A stretch of DNA of 64,000 nucleotides, from the NCBI GenBank assembly GCA_039545335.1, contig BCIN01000006.1, forward strand, positions 806,001-870,000. Direction: 5' to 3'. Both the position numbers and the translations under genes were made by a program. The notes under the pieces are model-generated. The model was not told where the DNA came from. It saw only the letters and a program-made list of their open reading frames with translations, and made no database searches. The stretch is from Kondoa subrosea (lineage: Eukaryota). Numbering within the stretch: the stretch's first letter is position 1; every line of letters starts with the position of its first letter. This document shows positions 24,287 through 37,810 of the stretch, piece after piece.

Positions 24287-24567
24287 GGGAGATTGCGGAG
24301 TTGCGTAGTGATAAGGCCTTGGAGATCTAGACAGTTGAAGCTACAAGAGGGTATGCCAGTCCTGTATAGCACTGTATCGAGCAGGTATGGAGCTGCAAGG
24401 GCCGGCGGTTGGTAGACAACGACAAACGACGCTCAAACAGGACAATGACACGTCAAACTTCAGAAGCCACCTTCTTGTCCAGTAGCAAATATCACAATGC
24501 AAAAGCCCTATACCTAATGAAAGCGAAACAAAACCCCTGCCTTTCCTAACTTCCCAAAAGAAGAAGC

Positions 24568-26300
24568 CTAAAGTCCTTTCATCACGGCGGCTCTAATCTT
24601 TCTGTTGGCAAGAATGCGGAAATCCATACGCTTGACAGGCGCTCCTGCTCCAGCGCTTTCATCTTTGACTATGAGCAAACATATCAATCAGTCAGATTCA
24701 TCAGGTGTGCAAGAGACTTACTGATTTCGAAGAAGCTGTATGAGAGTCAGTCAGCTGCAGGTATCTCACTTGATGATGAAGACTCACACTGCTGCACGGA
24801 AGTACGGTACTGCTTTCTGAGTAGCAGCAGCAACGACTTGTCTGAACCATCTAGTAACAATTTCACATTCAGTCTCGCCAAAATCCCATCCATTCTGTTT
24901 TCCGGCTCACTGAGTTTTCAAATCATACTCTGAAGCTCCACCAGGTGATGGTTGTCCAGTAGTGAGATCTCTAGCATAAGAAGCAGAAGTTTCCGAAAGG
25001 ACAAGGTATTTGCGTTGCTTGCTACCGAATAGACGGTCGAACTTTTGGATCATGTTGACCGCTTCATTCTTGGGCTGTCGAAATTCATCAGTTCAGATTT
25101 TCGGGTAGTGCTAACTGGAGTTCAGGCCAGACTCACCGGTAAGATGTTGTTTCGGTCATAACCGCCCTGTACGAAAGTCAGTCAAGTCTTTTGGGAGGAT
25201 AATGTAAAGACATACATAGTGATAGAAGCTCAATCCAACAGCATCGACGAACTTTGTACCGGGCCAGCTAGTGTGTATACAGTCAGCTTCGGGACGACTA
25301 AGCTTGGAGAAAGATAAACTTACTATGGGCTCCATCCTCCTCGTTGAGCATTAACATTACCTCCATCTGCAAAGAGCGAGTTCGGTGACCAGAGTACATA
25401 AGTGTTTTTGGTTACTTTGTGAACCGCTGTTTCGGAAGTATATTCTCAGCAAGCTTCACTCATCTTTGGATACTGTGAGTAGCTGACCTGTGTACACCAG
25501 TTTCCAGGCTCGAAGGAAGTCAGCTGGTGGTTGATTTCCCCCTGTTTGCAAAAAGCTCAGTACCTCAACTCATATTCCTAAACAGTAACAACTCACAAGG
25601 ATACCAATCGCCGTTCATTTCCCAGAACAACCTCAACCAAACATTGACGCCCTGCGCCTCAAAACTAGCCATCTTTTGAGCAATCGCGTTAGCCATATTA
25701 GCATCAACCGAATTCAATCCACTATCGACACCCAAAGCGATTGCGAAAACTGGTTTGGTTCCATTTTGACGAAGTAGTTCAGCGAATTGACCATCTAGGT
25801 TGGACATGGAAAGATCTTGTGTGGAAATGCGAGAGCTGTACGATAAATCTTGAGTGATACATGCAAAAACAAGAATCGACAAGATGACGTACTAGGTTCC
25901 TACAACTGCCATTGGCTTAGGCAGAAGTTTGTTGAGGTCTGTAATGCCCGAAGGTTGGACCTAAAGTGTGGTCTGAGCTTTGACCTGCTCCGTATCCAGA
26001 TTTGCGAATGACTTACAGGTTCACCAAATCCAGGTAGCTAATTGCCGATATCAATCTCCATTCAATGCTAAGGAGGAAGAACATACGAATCCTAGAGCTA
26101 CATTGCCAGATTTGAGATTGTTATTCGACAGACCTACATAAACAATCAGCTGTGAGCTTTTCCAAGGCAGCACGAAACTCACCAAGGACAGCTCTAGCAG
26201 AGGCTCTCTTATGTAGCACCCTATCATGCGGGTGAGTAGCCAAAGACGAGGCAGAGGCCAAAGCAACAAAAGCAAGAGAAAATAGCGATTGTAATAACAT
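24568..26300 (-). CDS. Secreted glycoside hydrolase family 26-like protein
   Basis: Signal peptide MLLQSLFSLAFVALASA; acid/base motif VWLRLFWEMNGDWYP; LWSPN; YWPGTKFVDAVGLSFY; nucleophile LSETSA; more than 10 introns. Confidence 0.85.
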
Positions 26301-26814
26301 TGTGAGTTAGTTTCAATGAGCGTGGATCAGGCTTTTGAAAGAGCCTGTAAACTGTGGAATGAGAGAAGGAGCGTGAGATTGGTTGAAACTGGAAGGCTGA
26401 ATGAAAGAAAGGAGAAGGCATGCTTCTGTTTTGATTTCGATGACCCACGACTGAGCGGAGGTAAACAAATGGGCTCCCGCTTCGCGAAAGCAAGAAACCC
26501 TCATAGGAGCTCTATCCTGGCTGATCAGAGGTGTACGTATTATCAGTGAGCGTCCGACAGAACGCGATTCAAGGTTAATGCATGAAGTACATTCGGAGCA
26601 TGCTATCCCAAGCAATTCAAACCTTCTGATAGAAGGCAGCGCAGGTTCCTACAGCTTGACGAGAATGCCAATAAGGTGATGACCAATTCCCAGATCCTAA
26701 GAAAAGAATATAATTCAGCAAAGAAAGGCTTCATAATGCTTGGTGCACACATACTATTTTGCCGATGAGTTGAGTCAGCAACGAGTTGAGTGAATGTATG
26801 TAGATATTGCGTAC

Positions 26815-27754
26815 CTACTCTTTCCACTGCACGGGTTCACGTATAGACTCCACAAATTGATTTGGCCGCCCGCCATAAATCGTATAAGTCTTTAGACCAT
26901 TCTGCATAATCAGCCGTGGGATTATTTCCATCGTAATCTGGGTCATACTGGAGGTCGCAAAGTGATTGCTCATATACGTCGATGTCATGTTGGATCTTGC
27001 TAGAAATATGGGCGAATTTGATTCTATCATCTTGAATTCGATCAAAATAACGGTCAACCTGCGAAGGGATCCCTTTAAGTCATGCCCTGAAAAGAGAGAG
27101 AGGAAGTTGAAAGTCAAAAACCTACCAGGTCTCGCGCGCCCTCAAAACCAATAACTGGATCCCAATCTTCTGTCAAATGTATGTCCTTGAACGAACCACA
27201 GTATTTTAGTGCTACTTTAGATAATGCAGGTTGATTGTACGCGTAACCAAGAGCGTATGCCTGCATGGCGTTCTTGTTATTTTCTGATCGATACGTTGTG
27301 TGTACATCAGCATTGCCTGAATAGATCACATTCCTGTCTATAAGTCACCTGGTGATGAAGATGCTGAGCAGAACAAATCCATATACTGTGTCATGTACTG
27401 CGTTCCTTCCAACAGCATCCTCCGACATCCCATTTTGTCCGCGAAGGCCAGCATTTCCACCGCTTCTTTCCAGATCATTTTGTTCAGCGGATAAGAAAGG
27501 GATGGATAGCAATTATGTAGTAGAATATCCAGCATCATAGTGCTTTCTTGCATTTGTATTTTAGGTAACCCATTCTCTTGATCGCCGGCTGGTCTAGCAT
27601 CCGCAAAGAGTGTCTCGAAAAGAGTACAATTGGCCATTAAGTAGCCTTTGTGAGCTGCTAGAGCTACGCCAGTAGAAGAAACGAGTTCGACATCTGCAGG
27701 AAACGAAGCTGGCGCGACGAAACGAGCGGTATATTCTGCTTCATCTGCCTGCAT
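26815..27754 (-). CDS. BTB/POZ domain protein
   Basis: ADVELVSSTGVALAAHKGYLMANCTLFETLF...IQMQES..LDILLHNCYP...LAFADKM is a fungal BTB pattern. An upstream in-frame ATG at 27850 is possible. Confidence 0.8.
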
Positions 27755-27856
27755 CTGTATCAATAGAGGCTTGGTATCGTAGTGTGGGATATCACAGTGG
27801 CTTTGTGGAAGCTGTCCAAGGACCAAGCTCCGAATTCCTGTTGACTTCATCCAGCC

Positions 27857-29811
27857 ATGTCGTCTGCTCCGGGCCAGCTAGGCAACCTCACTACGCTCAT
27901 CAAGAGGTGTGTACAGCATTTCTGCACGCAGGAATAGTTAAGCTCATGCAGCTTTCGAAAGACTGGAAGCCGCAACCTCGCGTTTAGAAGACATTGCAGT
28001 TTCCCAGCAATCTGCTTCTCTAGTGAATGTGCCAGCAGGTGCACCACCTGGTCCTGCTCAGGCTACACCTCGTTTGGAGCAGCAAACCTCTCCTTCTATT
28101 GGCGGTCCTCGGTCTATCGCACCTGAACAAGCTACTCGAGCCTCTTCTTCCCCAGCTGTTGAAGCCTACCAGCAACTCATTGATGGTCCTTTGAATGATT
28201 ACCTTACTAAATCAGCTACTGTAGGCGGTTTAGTACAAGAACAGGTTCCGTCAAGTCCTCATTTGCACATACATATCTCGGGCTCATGTTATGAATAGGC
28301 AAACAGAGTAAAGACTCTCTTTGAAGCTCAATTAAACTTTATAAAGACTGCTATTGCATGCAAGAAACCAGTTCAATCCGATCCAGCTTACACGAATTTG
28401 CTCAAAGAAACTCAAACTGCTTTAATGGCTGTACTAGACGTGAAAGAGACTGGAAGGGAAAGGAAGTTCCAATCTCATTTGAGCGCTATCTCAGAAGGTA
28501 CACCAGCTTTGGGTTGGGTTACTGTTGTGAGTCAGATTGGTGCAAAATGAGCTTCGGACTCATGCTTGCATTCGTTTGTGCTCACAGGAGCCTAAGCCTG
28601 GTCCATACATCAAGGAGATGAATGAAGCATCGCAATTCTACGTCAACAGGGTCATCAAAGAGTACAAAGATACGTAGGTCGTCTGATGGTATGCATTTTC
28701 ATATATGCTCACATTATTATCGACCACAGCGATTCGAAACAAGTCGAATGGGCTCGCAGTTTCCCTGCTTTGCTAGAAGAACTTCGCAAGTATGTCATGC
28801 AATACCACACTACAGGTGTAGCCTGGAACCCAAAAGTGAATTTACTTTTACATTATGCATATAAATACTAATTAGTATAACAAGGGCGACGATGCTTCTT
28901 CTTTCACTTCTATGCGTCCTTCGACAGCCAATTCTATTCCTGCACCACCACCACCACCTCCACCTTCTGCAGATTCTTCAGCAATAGCAGCATCACAAAC
29001 ACCCAAAGCCGCAGCTCCGTCGATGGGGAACGTCTTTGCTCAGCTCAATAAAGGAGAAGGCGTCACTTCTGGGTTGAAGAAAGTGAGCGATAGTGATAAG
29101 ACGCACAAGAATCCAGAATTGAGATCGAACGGTTCGTCCACCATTGCAGATCATTAGTATGAGAGCTGATGCGTTGCTTTTGGTCGAACAGCACCTGTAC
29201 CTGCTGCTCCTGCTCAAGGACTGACTAGACCTCCGAACAAACCACCTAAACCACTTTCGTACCAGAAGAAACCAGCAAAGACTGAATTGGACGGTAACAA
29301 GTGGTATATCGTAGGTTTATCCTGATTTGTATCATCCAGTATGATTATGAAATCGGCACAACTACAGGAAAATCACGAAAACAACTCCAACATCGCTTTG
29401 ACGGAAACCGCTTTGAATCAAATGGTCAACATCTTCAATGTCAAATCTTCCGTCGTATCCATTTCTGGCAAAGTCAACGGCGTTTCCATCGTTGGTGGTT
29501 CCAAACTCTCTCTCTTGATCGATTCTGCTGTTTCTTCAATCTCTATCACCAACTCACCTGGGTTCACTATTCAAATTACCGGAAACGTTCCTACCATCAC
29601 AGTAGACGCAACGGATGGTGGACAGATTTATCTCAGTGCAACTTCTTTGGGTGTGGAAATAGTTACTGCCAAATGTTCGGCTATCAATGTCAGCTTACCG
29701 GTAGAAGGAGAGGAAGAAGGCATCTTTGAAGAAAAAGCGGTGCCTGAACAATTGAAGACTGTGATTCAAGGTGGGAAATTGGTCACGAGCGTTTTGGAAC
29801 ATACTGCTTGA
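27857..29811 (+). CDS. SRV2: Adenylyl cyclase-associated protein (CAP/Srv2)
   Basis: [36 protein letters not shown]; poly-Pro; [27 protein letters not shown]-terminal beta-helix [14 protein letters not shown]. Confidence 0.96.
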
Positions 29812-30612
29812 TTATTTGATATTTGCGAGGAATATTTTGCAGAGGTGATTACTAGCATTTCATGAGATACAAGTCCACCGCAGAGAGCTTACTGACGTCT
29901 GGGTCTTTTCTAGCATATATCACGAGCATCCTCCCGTTTCGGGTTGCCACACTTTAGCTCATTGCTTGGCCACTTTCCGGTCATCGAACGGGACAGGTCG
30001 CGTCAGTTTGTTGCTGCTAATGTCAGTTCTCTGGCTGTCGTCACAAGAACTGCTCTTGAATCAATATTCCTTCTTTGTTGTCTGTCTCAGTAGTATCCTA
30101 TCTACTCGTCTGGCTGATCCGAGAGAGAATCTCCTAATGTTGTGCTTGCTTCATGGTACAAGTACTGTGTTGCACGTTATACTATCCCGTTCCTTACTTA
30201 ACCTCTTTCCCCTTTTTTCGTCTGATTCAAGCCAAGATCAAATACCTTGTCGTCTCCAGGAGGTGCCCGACAATACTCAAGAGCCGGGCACGATAGCCTT
30301 CTAGCCGATCAATTTTAATATCCCGCAGCGAGAAAGCCAATTATCGATTAGGGGTCCCGCTCCCACCCACGATTAGTCGGCAAACTCAGCCAACAAGTTT
30401 ACAAGCTGCCTTGAACCTTCTCTTTCGCCTTGCCATGTTTATCAAGCTGTATTGAAGTGTTACTTCCACCTCTGTCTTTACTCTACTTTGGATTTCTCCG
30501 TCATTCGTTTACACACTCACGCTCTTTCGAAGCTTACAATCTCGATATCGATCATCAGCTAGTCAGTCGCTCCAACTGACTAGTCGCCCTACTCTACTGG
30601 GGAAACATTCAG

Positions 30613-32573
30613 ATGAATATTCTATTGGCAATATTTGCTATCGCGATCATTCATGCGAGAGCTGCAGGTTAGTTTTATGTCAAGTCTCAAGCTTGCGCTA
30701 AAGCGAGTGCTTTCAGTATACACGGACTGTGCTAGCTACAAGGCAAGCGTCAACGCTGCTGAAAGCAACCTGAGCGGCGGCATGGTAGGCTCGCCAGACT
30801 TCGTGATTCTATAGCACTATTTCATGTCCTACCTGGTATAAAGGACTACTGTCGTATGTCGGCTCTTCCACAACTCACACTCTTCGTTATTAAACTTTGT
30901 CCTAAGGCATTTTTATGGGAATTATACCAACAACGGTGACCAGTACTTTCACAACTATTCGAGCAACAAAAACCGTAACTACAGCTGGCTACAACAGGCG
31001 CACTCTCACAATCACCCCAGACGCGTACACCTCAACTCAGACTGTACGGAGTACTGTAGTAACAACCGGAGCTGCTAGTACTCGGTCAGTGCCTTTCATT
31101 CTACGTTTTTGTGTTTACTCACTTCAGATTCAGTACTCAAATTAATACTATTACCTCTACCGCGTGAGTTTGGTGGGACAAATGATGCCCCGGCCAGACT
31201 GAAGCATACATGCTGCAGATATATCATGAGTGATGGATCCACCTTGTACGTTCGGAAGCATGGCAGCTGGCTCGGCTTGCTCAAGGCGCTCTGCAGCGCG
31301 ATTGAGAAACGGGCCATTCGGGAGTCGCCAGTACCTCGTCTGGAAGCCCGCGCTCGTCCAGTTACTGTTCCAACCTACATGCAAGGTTTATCGTTGCGTC
31401 AGAAGCAATTGGCTTGCATCTGTTTATTCAAGTATGTGATCTTCCGCTCGCAATATCGTCTCTAAAGATCCTCATAGCTCTCGAGGTGTCGTTGGCTATC
31501 GATCTACAATCACTCGCTCTATCACCCGTGGTGTATATGCTACCGCTACTCGTAACATTGGTCGCACCATAATTCAGACAACAACGTTGCCTGTTCAAAT
31601 CATCCCAACTCAACAGGTTTTAGGTGCATCCGACTTCGTTTAAAGGCTTTCTCCTCACGCTCAGTACTTTGCACAGTACTCACTAAAGTCATCTCTCCAA
31701 TGGCACTTGTCATTCCTGAGACAGTGGTCGAGTTCGACCGTTTGTTGCAGCGCATTTCTCTTCGCTCCGGCTGATTGCGCATTTGACAGAGGTTCGAGGA
31801 TGCCCTACATCAACCTCACGTATTGGCTTTATCTGTCCTTATGGTACCGGCGGACCAGGCTCACTGATCGAAGACAACCAGATTCGAAGTAGGCGAATCT
31901 CCCAACATATTCGCAGCTAATAATCTGGCTTGTTCTAGCTTGTTCTGTGGTCGCGCTTGATGGCTTCTCTGGCTATGTTAGTCTTCCGATCCTGTCTATT
32001 CAGGCCCTCACTGGTTTGTGCCGCAGTGTCAGTATTGGCTGTACATTTGTTCAATCTTGCTTTTCCTGTCCGCTCATGATTGCTGGCATAGTGATGATGG
32101 CTCGCCTGTGCAAAATACTCTAGGTAAGTCGACCATGAAGCACAACATGGGTGTATTTATCATCACTAACGATGATCGGATAGTTCGAGGCGATGGTTCT
32201 GGAGATCCTGCTAACGACGCGACTCGTGATGTGACTTATGGTGTAAGTTGCGCTCTATACCCAGGCTCCGATGTCTGAAACCTTCCTTCCTCTTAGGATG
32301 AGGATTCCGACGACTGTCCTACTGTAAGGTCTTGCATTGCTCAAATATCGCAACTGCTTACAAATGGTACAGTGGGCTGATTACACATGCTATCCTCTCT
32401 CCGGTGGAGATCCTTTCGGTGGGAGCCCCAACAAGAGATCTCTATTCAACAGAGGCCGCAAACCGAAGAAGTCCTATAAAGGTACCAGTCGAGCAAATCA
32501 CGGAAAGCTACACCGACTACCTCAGCGTCAACCTGGTAAGACCTCTCCCTCGCCATCTCTTGTCGGGAGCTAA
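30613..32573 (+). CDS. Secreted Thr-rich/Cys-containing protein, paralog 1 (many short exons)
   Basis: Signal peptide MNILLAIFAIAIIHARA; DYCRIFMGI; Thr-rich stalk; EKR...LEARARP..PTYM..ACIC; Cys domain GCP..FICP..CQYW..GDGSGDP..DDCPT; KR followed by a basic tail. Confidence 0.75.
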
Positions 32574-32856
32574 ACCATCCAGTTCGTGGCGGCGCTTTCA
32601 TTCCCTATGCGGAATATCTGCAGCTGGAACTTGAAGCAGAATCAGCTATGCAAAGAAGTTAGTAGGGTACCTGGTTGCGACTGGGCTTGTTCTTCTTCCT
32701 CTTGTTGTGTATAGTATAGCTCCTTGATATGGATTTTCGAATAGTTTCCGGCTGTATCAATATTGTTTGTCACATGTGACAAACACAGGTCTGAATATTT
32801 GACAATGTGATGCTAGTTTATGCTATGTTTGGTATATATAAAAATGCACTGTTATC

Positions 32857-34835
32857 TCAAGGACATATTGAGTTCAGCCAAACCTAAATTGAAGTGTCTC
32901 AGTAGGATACTCTTACACATATTCTTCGAGAACTTACTTGTATTACGCCAAGGTTATACATGTCGCGTCCATCGTAGCCTGTTTACACAGCTATACATCA
33001 ATCGCGCGACACTTCTGATGCATTTCCAAAACAAACCCAATGGAGCTTTCAAACCCATGATTCCAGGCTAAGTGATGTCTTAGCTATGTTCCATAAGAAC
33101 AAAGAGTCGGTCCTCACCATTGTTGGCGTGCCGAACAAGCTCTGAATACCAGAACCGAAATGCGCATCATGTAAGCAGTAGTTGGCATCTTCCGATGGAT
33201 CGAAACGACAATTTCTCTGCGGATAACCTCTTGCATCGGCTGCAGCGACCATCATATCCGATGGTAGGGTATGGAATTTCCGACCTTCTCTCCAACGACG
33301 ATCATTACCTAGATGTCGCATTAAAGCACCTTGACCCTGTTCAATCATTCAATAAGTCTGTCAATGTGAAGATTATAGTGACGAACAACATGCCACCAAG
33401 AACTATTCACTTATCAGCTCTATAATCCAAAAGACGCAAAAGAGAGACTGACTCTTTGTCTTTGAACTCTTGCGGTGCTGAATACCAAGTAATGATACCA
33501 GGCCAGTCTGGATTATCGGCATAGAATTGATCTATGACTCCAGGTAGACGAGAGAAGTCGAAGCCCAAGGGATACCAATAATTGAAGCCCAAGACACCGA
33601 TATCAATATCATGCGTGAGCAGTACTATTTCAATGATGAATGAGCGAGAAGTGCTTTGTTGAACGAAAGTATCTGGGTGTACCTTGAAAGCTGCCAGCTA
33701 TGTCGTCCCTGTCTTCTGCCTAGAAGAGCTTCAGAACGAGAAGACCGGCATGTGAGTATTATGACACACCTGCCAATCGTAAAGCACTCGAAAGACGACA
33801 TTGTCCTCGACGTCCCTCTCTTTGGAGTATCTTGCATTATCGTCACTTCTCGGAATCTCCCACTCGTCCGATCCATTGGCAAAAACAGTATAACTCGATA
33901 ATCCACCATAGTACTTTTCAGTCGAGCTCGGTATGTTCCGCATATAATGTATTAAGCGATTGTAAACTTGTCGCATCATTGAATCCCCTTGAATCAAGAT
34001 CCTTTTGCCAGCTAAACATTTTGCAGTATCTTGAGGTGTAAAGAATCGGAACTTGCTTGAGCTTTTAGTATCTGATGTAGGTATCCAAATATCGTCTTTA
34101 GACCAAGACCCATTCCGATCGAAGGCGTCGTTGATGTTTAATGTTCTTTGACGAGATGAAGCTATTGAAGAAGAAGTGAAAGAAGGTAGGTTAGGTAGAT
34201 CGCCTGATCGCCAATGTATACAAGGTCCGTTCTCTTTTACTGCTAGAACACCTTCGGTTTCTGGAACTGGATCAGAGCATTGTCGAGGGAAGGGACATAT
34301 TTCGCCAGGATAATGTACTAGGCACTGAAAGATCCGTCATTCCATTAATTCTTGCTGATATACTCGATGTAGAGAAGCGTACAGTTCTACCCTGATAATA
34401 TGCTTCAAGCTCAGGCGGATCCGAAGCTATCTTGATTTGCCTGAAATCATCTTCAAATCTTCTGTCGGCTACCTCGATTCCTTGATTCCAAGGTCGAATA
34501 TCACTTTGAGGTATCGAATTCTCTGCAAAAGCAGCGTCCAGACCTTTCCATTTACCGCTAATGAGTTTTCGAGCGTTTGCCAAGCCTTTACTTGAACTTT
34601 CAGAACTGGAAGAGAAGAGGAACAGAGAAAGCAGAAGCAAGACAGAAATGCCCGAGATTGTTCGCAGAGGTAGCGCTTGCATTCGATCGCGCAAGCTGTG
34701 ATGTCCTGCTAGTGAATCTGGGAGGAAGCGTTTGGCTTGCATTGCAAGGCGTGTGTCGCCCGCACTGTCGTCGAGGTATACCTCTCGCTCTAGGGAATCA
34801 AGAGACGGGGATCTGGGTATTGCCAGAGGCATCAC
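32857..34835 (-). CDS. Type II membrane SGNH-like / PC-esterase (Cas1 N-terminal or TBL-like) protein, possible glycan O-acetylation
   Basis: N-terminal TM ISVLLLLSLFLF; GSW..WIP..FTPQDTAKCLAGKRILIQGDSMMRQVY; late DAHF (DxH) motif; ends VWLNSICP*. Confidence 0.7.
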
Positions 34836-35496
34836 TGTCCGAAGCCAAGAAGTACTCTTCTGAATTTCATCTCGACAGTTCTTATCTTGAACAATGGTCT
34901 TGATACGTGCATCCTCTGTGTATTTGTCTTTCAGATGGGCTTACATCTCTATCAGTGTCGCCTATCGCAGGAAGTAAATGTTGTTCCTTTCTTGAAGCTC
35001 AAAGCTTGTCAACTTCCTGTCCTGGATCCCATCGGTTCTATATCTTTTGCTCAATGCTCTCTCTTCACTTGTTATTCTGCTACATGTTTCACCGCTGCCT
35101 GCTAGTTCACTTCTCGATGCAAGGCGGCCGAGCAACTTTCCTTATCTTGGCTCAACGAAGTCCGTTGGTCATCTTATAATGCCTTGCCGAAAAGGAAGAG
35201 ACCCTTCCCGAACGCAATTATGTGATTGTCGCGCGTTTTGCATATAACGCCGGCTTGGGATTTGCGCGCGGCAAGGGATTTTACCTTTGGATGTTATTTT
35301 GACTAAATTGCGTCTCTACTCTCTCTCTCTCTCTTTCTGGTAACATTATAATACTTTGTCAAGTCGTTTCTTTCTCTTGTTTTCTCTCTCGTCACTCGTT
35401 TAGTCAACTCACACTCTTTTGGACAATTCTGCATTGACGACCTGCCCTTGAGGTCACCTACATTCGTTTATTACACTAATCCAGCCCTTGATCAAG

Positions 35497-37517
35497 ATGA
35501 AGATTACCTCCGCTGTTCTTATGACTGTTCTGCTCAGTGGCTTCGCCAATGCAGCAGGTTAGCAATTCTCCAGAGCTCATCGCAACCTTGATTGAGACTG
35601 TTTGGCTTTTTCGTTCATAGGCTTTACAAACTGTGCGGATCTGCAGGTGGCGATCGACGGTACACAAGACGGAATCTATCGCGGATACGTACGTCCGGTA
35701 ACACCATTCCTCTGCGACGTCCGGCTGACTGTACGACTTTATTGCAGGATTACTGCCGTATGTCTATTCTCATCTCGCAAAGGTCTTTTGCCTGAATGAC
35801 ACACGCGAAAAGGCGTTTACATGGGTATTACACCTCAAACGGTAACGAGCACTTTCGACAGCATTCGAGCCACTAGAACTGTTCGAACTGCAAATTACGG
35901 CACTCGAACGACTTCAATTACACCAGATGCGTCTACCTCAACTCAAACTTTACGAAGTACTACAGTAGTTACAGCTTCTCCTGCTACCCGGTCAGCCCAA
36001 CCTCTCTAAAGGCGTTATTGGTTTGGCTAAAGTATTTATCTGCAGCACGCAAACTAAGACAATAACCTCTACCGCCTACATCTTAAATGATGGCGAAACA
36101 TAGTCAAGCATCTTCTTCATCAAATTTGTAATCATATTGACGATATTTTACAGCACTATAGCAAAACGTGATACCGAAGCATCCTCTGGCCCACATTTGG
36201 AAGCTCGAGCTAGGCCTGGAACCATTCCAGTCTTCATGACAGGATTTGATACTCGAGAAAGACAAGCTGCTTGCAGATGTATCAACACGTCAGCGATCTT
36301 TGCTCATACTCAGACTGTTTCTTTTGACGCGTTTTCTGTAGTCCTCGAGCAATCATCACCCGATCTGTCAATCGTGGTATCTATGTAACTGTGACTCGTA
36401 CTCTTGGACGTAACATTATCCGCACAACAACTTTACCTGTTCCAGTAATTCCAACTCAGCAAGTGATCGGTGCGCTTTTTCAATTCATGTAAATGCTCTT
36501 CAGTAAATAATGCTCTATCTAGTTCTGACCAAGGTCATTACCCCGGCTGCGCAAGTTATCCCAGAAAGTGTTGTCGTCTTCGACCGTACGTTGCATTTCC
36601 GAACTTCGGGACCAAAAGCCTTTGTTGATATGTGTCTTGTAATATTATAGAGGTCCGAGGCTGTCCTCCTGGTGAAACTACGCTCTTTGCTTGCCCTGAT
36701 GGAACTGGTGTCAATGATGAAAGTGATGTAAGTCTACAGAAGTCAGAAGTCAAGTGTCGAAGCGCAAGATTGATCTGTTTGCACTCTTTCCAAATAGCCG
36801 AACTTCCAGACCTGCTCCGTCAATGCTTTGGATAACTTTGTTGGTAACTGTTAGTACTTCATTTCCCTTACACTGCGTATCGCTGAATTTTTTGCTTTAG
36901 GTGTCTACTGGTCAGATGTTTGTCACATTCTTTTCATTGCTATCTTCTATCTTGTTCTTATATCGTCATTCACCTTCAGGACGGGTCCCCAGTCGAATCA
37001 ACCCTCAGTGAGTTTTGCTCGGTGATCTATGATATAGTTTCTCAAGCGTTGTATAGGACGAGGAGATGGATCAGGAGATCCTAATAACGACCAACTACGT
37101 CAAGCCACCTATGGAGTAAGTGCCTCCGGCGTATTTAAATTGTACGCATACTGATTTGTTCTGTTTCCTTTCTTCCAGGACGGTGGTGAAGATGATTGCC
37201 CAACTGTCAATGACTTCCTCCTTTACATCACCACCCTACTGACGCTGCACATGTAGTATGCCGACTTCACTTGCCAGCCTGAAGAAGCTTCACAAGCCCT
37301 CAAGAGATCTTTGGTTAGCCGTGCTCGCAAGCCTAAAGTTCCCTACACCGGCTCCAGCAGGCAGAACCATGGAAGGCTCCATAGAATCCCTCAACGCAAA
37401 CCAAGTCGGTTCCCTCGTATCTTCCGTGATGTCCCGACTGATCAGCTTGCTAGTCCGCGGTGGTCACTTCATCACCTACGCCAAATATCTCGAACAGAGA
37501 CTTCGAGCTCAAGCTGA
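35497..37517 (+). CDS. Secreted Thr-rich/Cys-containing protein, paralog 2
   Basis: Signal peptide MKITSAVLMTVLLSGFANA; collinear with the 30613 gene (DYCRVYMGITPQTVTSTF, LEARARP, ACRC, GCP..FACP, GDGSGDP, DDCPT, KR plus basic tail). Confidence 0.75.
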
Positions 37518-37810
37518 AAGGGCTGCTGCTTCAGAAAATCAGTAGACATTTGTCTAGATTTAGTCTCTGTACTGCGTCGAGGATTCTCGTCCAGATCATT
37601 TTCGTTCATAGTATGTTAGCTCGTGCGTGCATTCCGAGTTTGTGTAGAATATGCATTAGACTTCCTAGAATAGATTTCTAGTTGCCTTTTGCCTTTCTCA
37701 CTTGCAACTAGACAGACTTGCATCCGGACAGTCTCTCGGAGCGCTATACTCGAGATTAAAGGGGAAAAGCAATAGATTTAACTCAACAGAATATACACAG
37801 TCCCACAACT

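Noticed and set aside
35318..35333. (CT)n microsatellite
   Set aside because: Ordinary pyrimidine-rich promoter tract.
36088..36092. Apparent in-frame TAG in secreted paralog 2 (GET*)
   Set aside because: It is TA|GT at an intron donor shared with paralog 1; splicing gives Tyr.
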